A stretch of DNA of 59,759 nt, filler included, from Sphacelaria rigidula (taxonomy: Eukaryota), in the NCBI GenBank assembly GCA_964200075.2. It is 7 parts of 7 records of this genome, joined end to end, with 100 filler letters (N's around TTAATTAATTAA, not from the genome) between each part and the next. Parts side by side here need not be neighbours in the genome. Positions count along the whole stretch, not along the records: positions 1 to 8,453 come from CAXNAA020011085.1; positions 8,554 to 17,005 come from CAXNAA020011086.1; 5 more parts are not named here. One strand, written 5' to 3'. The position numbers were made by a program, and so were the translations under genes. Below the pieces are notes generated by a model. The model saw nothing but the letters and a program-made list of their open reading frames with translations, was not told the DNA's origin and made no database searches. Below are positions 1-10,348 of the stretch, one piece after another (position 1 is the first letter of the stretch; each line of letters opens with the position of its first letter).

Positions 1-630
1 ACCCGGCGTGCTCCGTCCCGGCTTTGGAGGGATGCGAGATCCATAGTCTAATGACTATGGCATGCATGATCATGAGTATCCCCCCCCCCCCCTGCGACCC
101 GCGGGGGTTGGCGTCGGTTGGCAACGGCACTGTAAAACACGCCACTCACGGCGTCAGCCTGGCAACCAGGTTGCTTTTTTGGTGCGCTGGCGTTTTTTTT
201 GCGGTAACCATGATGGTGATCGAGCAAGATCATATTGTGCGGAGTGGAAAACCTTAACTCCGCGCATAGGGGATGATCATACTACGTATTGTTTACATGG
301 TGAGCCACCCATGAGGCAGAGTGTAGCCCGTGGGCTGTCGTTGGAACCGGCCATACCAGAAAATGAAGCAGCTCGTTGTAGACTGTCATCCATACGCAAG
401 ATAATTAGTACGCTTCGGGCCGAACAATCTTAGCAGGACGCAGCTCACCCTTCATGCGACTCGTCGAACACACCACGGCGCTTCGCCTTTGGTGGTTTGA
501 GTGCGAGCCCGGTCCGTCCAAAGCACTGGGGGCTCCGTCCTGACTTTGTAGGGATGCGAGGTCAATGGTTTTACGAGGACGGCATGCAAGATCATGTGAG
601 TACACTCCTCCCTCCCCGCCCCCCGTCTCC
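1..630 (+). mobile_element. Retroposon family A: a 3' tail (1-92) plus a longer copy (~190-630), each ending in a C-rich tract
   Basis: The same sequence recurs at ~8150-8453, ~16690-16960 and ~58197-58310. It ends GCTCCGTCC..GGGATGCGAG.TC.AT.GT..GGCATGCA.GATCAT(GT)GAGTA followed by a C-run. Confidence 0.75.
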
Positions 631-1260
631 CCCATCCCGTACCAGTATCACTCCACAGCTCTTCTCAATTCCGTCGTATTTTGGAACATCTTTTACTCGC
701 TCGTTGCTATTGTTGTACACCGTAACAGAGAAGTGGTGCAGTCGATTCCCGCACTCGTAGCACCAACTGTGAGAGTTTTTTAAGGTTGTTGCTCTCGTAA
801 AACCCAAGAGCATAGGGACGTGCACTGTAAATACCTGCAACCAAACCTCAAATACTGGTAAATATTGGACTTCAGCGGGTATTTTTTAGTTAGCTGGCTT
901 CCCCTAAATGAACCGGGGAAAAATGCGAAAGCATGTATCCACTGCGTCGTGTCTCAACTACTGCAGGATTTATGTATGTAAAGTGCCGCAAACGGGAAAC
1001 AGTCATGCCACGGTAGGGTTGTGCAAAATATTCCCCAGGTTTGAATCGTGAGGAGCCCGCTACCTCATCGAGAAGAAGATTGATGAATGTGAAAGCACGC
1101 TGCGACCAGAATTCCCATGGGCTAGGGATAGCTCGAACGGATTTTAGAATCGGGAATGTCCTGACTTGTGTAGCTCCCAGCTTCAGGAGCCTGTCAATGA
1201 GGAACCTCTGGGCCCAAATATGCAACCCCTGCCGTGGCATGACTCAACAAGCGATCCTGA
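630..1260 (-). pseudogene. Decayed intronless ORF of unknown family
   Basis: Minus-strand frames 890-1240 and 592-840. Segment ~1044-1165 aligns by eye with ~57763-57884 on contig 7. Confidence 0.4.
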
Positions 1261-1357
1261 CCAACGGGGACGAGATTTTTCTTCGGAAACGAACTGAGGT
1301 CGAAATTGTATGTATATACATGTCATATTGCATCTAGTGCATCACTTGGTGCCATAA

Positions 1358-1725
1358 CATATGTATGTGTGTTGTCATCCCATCTATTCTGGACGCCAGT
1401 TTACACTTTTCGGTATATGTGGGCGCACCAGTCGGGGTCATACAGGAGGAAGGTCGACACAGGAGTTTTTTTTCAATTTGTTTCAGTTCTTCACCTTCCT
1501 TCTACGGTGCTTTCCCTGTTTTCTATCGCGAGAGGGGTTCAGCAGTCCCTTTTCTGTGTCGATCGTGAAATCGAATTTTTATGTACCCGCGAGGTAGTCG
1601 ATCTCCACTCACTGTTGGGCATTATGTGAGAAAAAGTCCCAGATCGTGTGACTGCACCGAGATTCGAACCCACGACCCAATCGTCAGACGGTTTCGCGGT
1701 TATCAACTGAGCCACCGGGACGGCC
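1358..1725 (-). mobile_element. tRNA-derived SINE, about 370 bp
   Basis: The minus strand starts GGCCGTCCCGGTGGCTCAGTTG (A box) and contains GGTTCGAATCT (B box), followed by a non-tRNA body. The body is shared with 55029-55345 and 39355-39650; the head is shared with 42607-42659. Confidence 0.85.
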
Positions 1726-1726
1726 A

Positions 1727-4700
1727 TTTGATGTTTGACTGATTTGATTGATTGTCGCACTTTAACCGAATTCCCAGGGATCCAACCGTGTTCACATGAT
1801 AGACGTACCGAAGAATAAGCAAAACTTAAAATACTTCCTGAAGAAAAAGAGGGAACATAGATGGTCGAACAGAGCGACATAGTAGACTAAGACGTCAAAA
1901 ATTAGAAGACATGGAAAGTCAACAAAATCAAAGCACAGAAAGAAATGGTCCGGTCTAAAACAAAAAAAATGAAAATAAAAGAATAGGACAAAGCAAAAAG
2001 GAAAAAAAAAAAAGACGGAAAAAGCCGTAGGAATTTAGGGCAGCAGCGTAGATACAGACGCACACCAGAGGACATCGCAGAGCCATCGACTGAGGACATA
2101 ATCATCAATCGATATGAGCAGACAGAATTCTTCAATTGGCGGCCCTCGACGCAGCAGCCTCTCATTTGTGACGGCGGTCTGATTCTCGTTTGTCCGCTCC
2201 CCGCCACGTGTCCTCATGCTCTTCCGCCCCCCTTTCGACTCCAACATGACATTTGCCCATATTCTTCGCCGCAGTGACCCAATCGTATGTATCGTCAACC
2301 TCTACATCATAGACGAATCATTTCCGTCGGGTTCCTTTGTGCGGAACAGCCCCTAGTGCACATAGGTTCTTCTGAAGGTTATCCTCCCATTGCTTGGGGG
2401 GGCGGCCGACCTCCTTGGACCCTCGTGTGGTTAACCGACCGTTAATGACGCGCTCAGGAAGGCGTGCGTCCTTCTGCCGGACAAGGGCTGCCGCGAAGCA
2501 GAGTCGACGTTCGCGGATAGTCGTCTCGATGCGTTGGCAGTTGGTCATCTCGAGCACCGCTCTGTAGGAAAGAGTCTTGTGGCCATTTCGATCTTTCCTG
2601 CGGAATCCAACCACTCGCAGCAAGAGCTTGTGATGGGCAGTCCGCAGACTGTCGAAGTCCTCAGAACGTAGCGTCCATGTGGCGCATCCATACAACAGAG
2701 CTTCGACCACCTCCGCTTTAAGCAGTCGAACTTTCAAGGATAGCTCGGCGTTGGGCCGGTCGTAGAGTTGGGGGCTATATTTTCGGATACGCGCCCACGC
2801 CGCACTGATATGGCGTTTGATTTCGATGGATATTTTCGCATCAGCGCTGATAGCTCCATCAAGATAGATGAACTTCCCCGTCTGACCATACCGTTGACCG
2901 GCAGCTTCGATATCCAGGGTGGCCTCCGTGGGACTGGGTACTGAACAAAGGCGCGCATTAAGTCCGTCTTGCTCTTGGAAACCATCTGGCCGAACTCCCG
3001 GCAGATCATCACTATCACAGCCATCATTCGAGCAAGATCTTCTGAGGTCCTCGAGGCTGTGCCGATGTCGTCCGCATAAAGCATTGCCCACACCGCTCGT
3101 CGCAACGTTTCCAGCGGTGTCTCTTCCACGGGTTCATCACCGTCACCTTTTGGCGCATCATCAAGAAACACCAAGTCTGAGACGGTAACCGGGTCCGCCG
3201 CCAACCGCTGAACGATCATTTCCACCAAGCCTGCTCCGGAGATGTTGAACAACAGCGGAGACGAAACGAAACCTTGTCTGAGTTCCTGGCAGACATGAAA
3301 CCACGCTGATAGTTCGCCACTATCTAGCTGTACCCGAGCTCGCATCCCGTCGTGAAACATACGGACTATATCGATCATTCGCGACGGGACTCCGAACCGA
3401 GCAAGCACTTCCCGCAGGAGCGTGCGGTCTACGGGATTGTAGACTTTCTGCAGATCGATGAAACACATGTTTATTGGGACGTCGCTCGCCCGTCCCAACT
3501 ACTAAAGTCAGCGTACTACGAACATAATGTCTGTGGTCGATTTTCGGCGCCTAAATCCACACAGTTCTTCCGGGGCGACATCTGTTTCCTCGCAAAAATT
3601 ACTACGCCTGTTGGCTACGATTTTGAGGAAAACTTTGGCAGTATGTGCCACAAGTGAAATGCCTCTGTACTTACGACACTCGATCCTCTCTTGTTTATAT
3701 GCAGCACTTCGATGATGACATATTTCCGATCTTGCGGCACCTCGCCAGATGTCCAAACCGCAGAGACGATGTCGTGGAAGTGGTACAGAATTTTCGACGC
3801 CTCCCCGTTAGGTCCAAGTTTTGGGATTTCAGCAGGAATACCATCCGGACAGGTTACTTTGCCGTTCGACACAGCTCTCAGAACCTCCTCAGTTCCACTT
3901 GGGCTTGGCGGGTCTCCTAGTGACAGCGCTATTGGTCGTCGAGCAATCTTCTCGACGATGGTTCGGTCGATAGTTGCCGATATGGCGTTCTGCAATGTAG
4001 AGAAGTACCGTTCCCATCTTCCACTGATGAAATCTGTGTCCCGCAGTAAATTGCTGTCCTCGTCTCGAATGTACTGCTCACTTTCGACTGGTCGTCCAGA
4101 TAGCCTCCATCCTCCGGGGAGATGTCTGCGCCCTCCTCTCAAGTCCCCCGCTCGAGTATACTCCTCTAGTTCTCTAGCATACACATCCATATAGTTGCCC
4201 ATCCCAACTTGAATAACCTCTTTGACTTTTCTGCATGCTGCTCGCAATGTGCACCATACGGATTTATCTCGAGATGATCCCAGTCTCACCGTTGATCTCG
4301 CCCTTTCCCTCTTATTCCAGACCTATTCGAATTCCGTTCTGATTTCAGCATTCTCGAACCACCCAGGTACAAGTGACGTTCGGGTCAGATGGGGTACCAC
4401 CGTTTCAGCGACACTCAAGAGTACGTCGGTAAAGTGTGTAGCCAGTGAACTAACTGTACCACCAGGTATACTCTGTTTGAGCTCGCTGATGATGAGCTGG
4501 GTGAGCTACCCCGACACAACCAACTCCAGGTGGGTGGCGGTCGGGGGGAAGGGAGGTACTCGTAGTTGTGTTTTGTATATATTAACATGTACAATTTCGT
4601 CCCCAGTTCGTTCCAATAAAAAACTCTCGCTCCTTTTTGTCAGGACCGCCTCTTGTTACTCGAACAAATCTCTCCAACCGCAACTTCATCGCGCTCAAAC

Positions 4701-5080
4701 GTTGCAAAATACCAGGCTCTCGTAGCAAAAACATTGGTGAGCCGGCTCGACTTTGTCCGGAGCGACGCAGTGCACCTACAGTAAGCAGTAGTATGGTGGC
4801 CCAGTTCAGGGTTTCAGCGAGGCAGAAAAAAAGAAGCGGAGAGCAAAGCAAGCGCCGAACAGCAGCATTGTCTGGTCGCCGCAACCGCAGGTCCGTCGCT
4901 CTGCCTTATTGGGACCGGTCAACTCGCTGCTGTTCGACGCTTGCTTTGCTCTTCGATTCTTGTTTTTTTTCCTTGGTAAGACAGGACGTCAGTAGAACCA
5001 CCCCGGTCGAACACTGGCTGGTCGAGAACACACAAAATGATCTCTGTCGAACATCGCATGCGACCATCCCTGAACTTCTG
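1727..5080 (-). mobile_element. RTE-like LINE, frameshifted and internally deleted, with 3' UTR and (AATC)-type tail
   Basis: RT motifs YRGISLVAHTAKVF, CFIDLQKVYNPVDR, LRQGFVSSPLLFNI and MLYADD; C-terminal LLYGCATWTL and GRPPKQWED. Most of the endonuclease is missing near 4590. A T-rich 3' UTR at 2075-1760 ends CAATCAATCAAATCAGTCAAAC. Confidence 0.92.
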
Positions 5081-6001
5081 TGAACAAAAAAAGTGAAAAC
5101 CTTCCGTGACTATCTTCGAACTCCACCTTATCATCCTTGCATAGGACGGCAAAAAACGTGAGATTTTACAAATTGCGGATGGATTTTCTTAGGATGAGCA
5201 AGGTCACACATCACGACCGGAGAGTGGATCTGCATTTTACCCCGTAAATATTTTCGATGCTTATGAAGGTTGCTGAGGCTCATCCTAAAAAACTTCATCC
5301 AGAATTGGTCGAATCCCGTGTTAAAAACAAGCGATTTTTTCACGTGAAAAACTACCATTGCGAACAAGCTCAGGAAAAAGGACACTTGAAAAAAGCATGC
5401 GCACGGCTGATCATCACGTGAAAATATTGATAATCACAAGAAAGGAGGATAGTCTGTGAACCGGCGGTTGTCTCATTCCTCGTAAGTATTCTCGTATACA
5501 TAGACCACGAGTACAATTCAGCTCAATTCCCCACGATTGTTATCGGAATCCAAAATTGTATGGTGTGTTGTAGTTGCGAATAGCTACTAGCAGGTGACGG
5601 AATGCAACCATATTTGCGGTGAATTGTTGTTGTGGATTCTACGAAGATTTAATCTTTCCGGGTTATCATTCTCAATGAAAAGCTCCACACTCAATTTTGA
5701 AAATCGACAGTTATCAGCGTAGAAAAAGGTTCCATTTCGAAATGATGCCGCCCTGAACGTTTCCTCGAAATCATTTCTGCGGAAAACACGTACGGTGTGG
5801 ACACAAGAAAAATATCGCCCCACTTCGAACTGATGATGCGACCGGGGACGACGACATGAAATCCGGCAACAAAGTCCAGCGCCATATCGATAACAATTTT
5901 TGCACCAAAGTCTTGTACGTTCACATGCTCCATGGTTGTGTATGAATTGTGTGTGCGTATCTGCGTGCATGCGTATCTCTTTAATCGCGACTTCTCCCCA
6001 G

Positions 6002-6400
6002 ATCCGAAACAAGTCGCCCATACATGGTCAACTTTGGTTTGGAACTACCGTTTATCAAGTGGCAGCACGCCTATTCGCATGAACAGGCCGATATGGAGCC
6101 TTGGGATGAAACTTTGAGCAGCAAAGCTCCTGACCGGGTTCTAGGCAAGTCAGGTGTTTGTCATGTCCGCTGAGCTATTTTAGTGAGGTCCATGCCACTA
6201 CTGATGTGATACACTCAAAGCAAGTGGTGATTTCTGCCCGTGATTCTGCCGTAGTATTGGTACGTTCGCGGGAGTGCTGGCATATCTCGAGCAGCATATG
6301 TTTCTTTATGTTGGACCGCGCGTCACATACTTCACTACAAATCAGGCGCTGTTGAGGAACGCCGAGATGAGAAGGCAAGGAAAAGAGTTCCCTCGAAAAT
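6002..6400 (+). CDS. Two putative exons of an unknown gene (6002 to ~6143/6152, and 6346-6400)
   Basis: cccag|A-TCC... reads SETSRPYMVNFGLELPFIKWQHAYSHEQADMEPWDETLSSKAPDRVL. A phase-compatible exon tcag|GC-GCT... reads AVEERRDEKARKRVPSK|gtgagt. No homology recognised. Confidence 0.35.
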
Positions 6401-7380
6401 GTGAGTGAACAAAAAAACTTAATTCAACTCCAAAACAGTGCTTTCCTTTACCTGAAGTATTGACAAATGACTTTCATATGAGCGACCTCATGCCCCCCGA
6501 CCTCCCTGAAACTATTCTCAGGAGTTGTCCGTCTTCCGTTCCCCCAATAGGTATGTGCGAAAATACACTTTTCCCTCGATTTCGGGGTGAATAATGAACG
6601 TTTTGAGCCCGAAAATTGTGCTTTTACACATACCCTTTGAGGAACTGGACGATGAAAAACTTCAAAAACAGTTTCGGGGAGGTCGAGGGGAATGAAGTCT
6701 CTATGAAAATCACTTGTCACAACTTTAGGTCAGGCGAAGCACTGTTTTGGAGTCGAACTTCATTTCAATGTTCTGCCTCATTCTCGAGGAGACTCTCCTA
6801 AGGCATGAGCACTTACACAATAAACGGGGTTCAAAATATATCACAAGACGAGACAGCCACGTGCGAGGCAGCCAAATCCCGGCCAAAGCTTTTACCGTCA
6901 CTTGATGTTGATGTGCGGACAAAGAACATCATTGGCGTTGACTAGTTGGCATGTGAATTGTGAAGACGCACCCCAAGCACCTTGAAGCCGTGACCACGGG
7001 TATCATCTATCTGCTGTACATGTGCCCCAGCTTGTGGGTATTCGCTTCATCATACCATGTGCTATGCCCGCCTCGAGAAGAACCCGACGACATGCAGTGC
7101 ACAAGGCACCTCACTACCCTTGTTGGCCGTTAAGACATAAGAAACAGGGAACAACTACTACTTGTATACTTCGCCATATACAAACAGGCGATGAACAACA
7201 ACAGCTGGAGGCAGGTATAACGTCCAGAGATTAAACCTTCACCCGACTTCCTGCTGCCGTACGATACGCACAAACTCAGGGCATCAGTGAGAGGATAAAT
7301 CCAACGCTAGAAAACAATCCGCGTGTCGGCTATCTGCAGTTTCGTACTAATCCGCACAATGGGCTGCCATGTTGACAAAA

Positions 7381-7840
7381 CGAGAGGGGGGGGGGCTCAT
7401 TTGTTGCTTGCCTTAGTCGTTTGAACATTGACCACGCTTCCCTGTCGAGACGGAGCACCGTTCCTACTACTCCTAATAGAGACACCTCCAACATTCCGGT
7501 GCTCATTACTTTTCTTCCATACATTACACAAGAACCTCTTACATATATATCTCAATGCCGTCCTGTTTCGCCGTCTGTGGCCACCATATGTCTCCTAGTA
7601 TAGTCATCGTTTTCTCCCTACTGTCCGATGCATCAAACGATTTCATGCCACCTTCGTTGACGTCCCGCGTTTCCCCCTCTAGCACGTCCTGTCCCTCCTT
7701 ATATAGCTCACATTCTGCCACAATATGAGTTCTGCTCCCCATCGTTTTGCCACAGGGGCAATGATGTGCATCTACCTCCTCCTCCTCTCGACTACTGGCA
7801 AACCTCTTTCTTCTTTCTGTCAGGTCCAGGTCCTTCACCA
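7381..7840 (-). mobile_element. Retroposon family B: 5'-truncated LINE 3' end encoding a C-terminal CCHC-type motif, with structured tail
   Basis: ORF 7539-7841 contains CPCGKTMGSRTHIVAECELY. The tail GTGCTCCGTCTCGA.AGGGA.GCGTGGTCAAT..TCAAACGACTAAGGCAAGCAACAAATGAG is followed by a C-run. Other pieces lie at 17106-17150, 22253-22560, 25697-25775, 29729-29800, 34068-34108 and 59656-59742. Confidence 0.8.
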
Positions 7841-8149
7841 CAGATCACAGCCAAAGTGAGAGGGGAAAGGTGAATCGCTTATACTGCGGCAACAAACAGC
7901 AAAGAATCCCAAAACTCTTGTTCCCGTGCTTTGTAACGGTTGCATAGTTGATACAGTTAATCATATGCCGCTTCACCACTATGCGAGCGATGAACGTCTG
8001 TGGCGATTTCTAGGGGAACACAGGGAATTGTTCGAAAAATGAAAACTATCAAGATAATAGATGATCACTCCACTTCCTCCACGTTTGTTGCCCGGTGAAG
8101 AAATTTCCAAGTACTTGGACCTCCCTTCCCCCCCCACCGCACCTACATA

Positions 8150-8453
8150 GGGTTTTTGCGGTAATCATGATGGTGGTCGAGCTAGATCGTGTTATGCGGC
8201 GTGGGAGAACCTCAACTCCGAACAATGGGGGTGATTGTACTACGTAGTCTTTTAGTGGTGAGACATCCATGAGGCAGTGTATAAGCCATGGCTGTCTCTT
8301 GAAGTGGCGATACCAGAAGATAAAGCAACTCATTGGAGGTTGTCATCCAAATGCAAGATATAATCAGTACGCTTCGAGCCGAACAATCTTCGTAGGATGC
8401 AGCTCACCCTTCATGCGACTCGCCGAACACACCACGGCGCTTCGTGCTTGGCG
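8150..8453 (+). mobile_element. Retroposon family A copy, cut by contig end
   Basis: Matches ~200-490 (GTACGCTTCG.GCCGAACAATCTT...GCAGCTCACCCTTCATGCGACTCG). Confidence 0.8.
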
Positions 8454-8553
8454 NNNNNNNNNNNNNNNNNNNNNNNNNNNNNNNNNNNNNNNNNNNNTTA
8501 ATTAATTAANNNNNNNNNNNNNNNNNNNNNNNNNNNNNNNNNNNNNNNNNNNN
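8454..8553. other. Artificial contig-joining spacer N44-TTAATTAATTAA-N44, repeated at 17006-17105, 25558-25657, 34109-34208, 42660-42759 and 51210-51309
   Basis: The identical 100-nt spacer occurs six times and its core has stops in all six frames. The flanking contig lengths never increase (8453 down to 8450). Confidence 0.98.
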
Positions 8554-9537
8554 ATCCTCCGGGTTCTCATCCTCAATGAAAAGCACCATCCTCAACATAG
8601 ATGATCGGCTGTTTAAGGATGTCCTAATCATACCTTCTCAAAGAAATACCTTCCCTGATCCTGCACGTCGTTAAGGGTGCAAAGAGCTTGGAAGTCTCGC
8701 ACGAATATAGGACCGAGGATCACCAAGGAAACTCGGCGACTGAATCAAAACCCAACGCAAAACAGCATACCGTGAGCAATGCCTCGATCAACATATTAGA
8801 TCGAAACAGTACAGCGTACCAACAATCACATGTGTATGATGCATCTTATGGGGGCAGTCTCGTGACGGGGGGGGGAGGGGGGGTATCTAGAAACTGGTAT
8901 CGGCATTCGCGAACCATGAGAGCGCTTGCGACCAACCTAGCACGAAGTTTTCAACAACTGTGTGGTGGCTTTGAGCAAATTTGGGGGTAGTATGAGAAGG
9001 AGTCGCGTGATTTGCCCAGTGTTGGATCCCAACAAATGGGTATGTGTATGTAGCCAAAGGAAGCCTGTGATCATGCGGACACAGCTTATCAACCCGTTTG
9101 GAACTGGCGATGGGAAAGCGTGGATTTCGAGGTGCTGCTTTTTTCCAACGACATATGTTCGAGTTTTCACACCTTTTTCGCAAACTTTTAGCTCGGAGCG
9201 TGTTTTTCAGACGCGTGTAAGATTGTGCTCAAGTGCAGCACGGGACTCAGTACATGGAAAAAAGACACGTGGTGCCGATTTTTGTTTGTAAAAAGTTTAG
9301 GCACGCAATTGCTAATTTTGACTCTGTGCACGAAGTTGAACACACTCGGTCCGTTGTTTCCCCTCATTGGACAAGAGTAATCCGACCGCACCGTGGTGAC
9401 ATTTTTGGTGCGCGCATGACGTATGCTCGTAAATAATCTATGGCCTTCCGCCGTAAAAATGGTTGCCGTAGGTCTTTTTCATTCCCATCTCTTCTTCTTT
9501 ATAAGGGCTTGAAATAAAGAGGCGTCTAGTCTCTGCA

Positions 9538-9845
9538 GTGCCCACTGGTGTGTGTCTGTATCTACTCTGCTGCCCTGAATCCCTTTTATGTTATTTTTTT
9601 TATCTTTTTTTCATCTTCCTTTTTTTTTTCAGGCCGGTAAGTTCGTTCTGTGCTTTGCTTTTCTCGACCTTTTTTTTGTACGTCTTAGTTTACTTTGTCG
9701 TTCTGTTCGACTGTTTTTGTTCCTTCTTTTACTTCAGCGACTGTTTCAGTTCTGTCTCGTCTTGGGTACGTCGATCATGTGACCACGGCTGGACCCCTGG
9801 GGAGTCAGTTGAAGTGCGACAATCAACCAAATATCAAATCAAATC
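9538..9845 (+). mobile_element. 5'-truncated RTE LINE 3' UTR copy
   Basis: Matches the reverse complement of 1727-2070 and ends GTGCGACAATCAACCAAATATCAAATCAAATC. Further copies at ~11460-11665 (+) and ~13338-13407 (-). Confidence 0.85.
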
Positions 9846-10348
9846 TGGCCCGGGGACGGAAGGGGAGGTCCCCCAGAGGGTTAACATGCTTATTGTGCCA
9901 GTCAACACACGTGGAGATTTGTTTTTAACAGAGAGGAGAACGGCCCTCCTTGAATCACTCAAGTAGCTCACGCCCAGAATCTAGTACCAGAACTCGTTCA
10001 TCGCGTCTCCATTACCTGCCACAAAACACTTGGAAGATGTACGGATTAACAATTCATCTTTGTTTCAGCATGTCACGGTTAAAATACTGAAAACATTGCA
10101 CCACACATGAATCCAGCTCGATAGCAGCCATAACGGGTGACGTAAACTTCCTATGATGTACCACAAGCCGCGAATAATACTAGCCAGTCCCTGCACCAGC
10201 AATCAATTTTGCAGTTTGCAGGTCCCACTTCTCTTGTGAGTCCCAGTTAACCCTTAGACAGCGAGAGTAGGCCATGGGTGGAATCGGCATTAATTTCACT
10301 TGAAAAAAGTATGCATGACCCAGACAGACTACCCTCGCGGTCTAAGGG

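Noticed and set aside
1645..1725. Genuine tRNA gene (also 55029 and 42607)
   Set aside because: A and B boxes are present, but the copies diverge, lack a clean acceptor stem and continue into a shared ~290-bp body, as a SINE does.
3352..5083. Plus-strand ORFs overlapping the LINE
   Set aside because: They are antisense shadows of the RTE coding sequence.
8498..8509. TTAATTAATTAA as a biological motif or piggyBac target
   Set aside because: It is always centred in exactly 44+44 Ns, so it is a synthetic six-frame stop linker.
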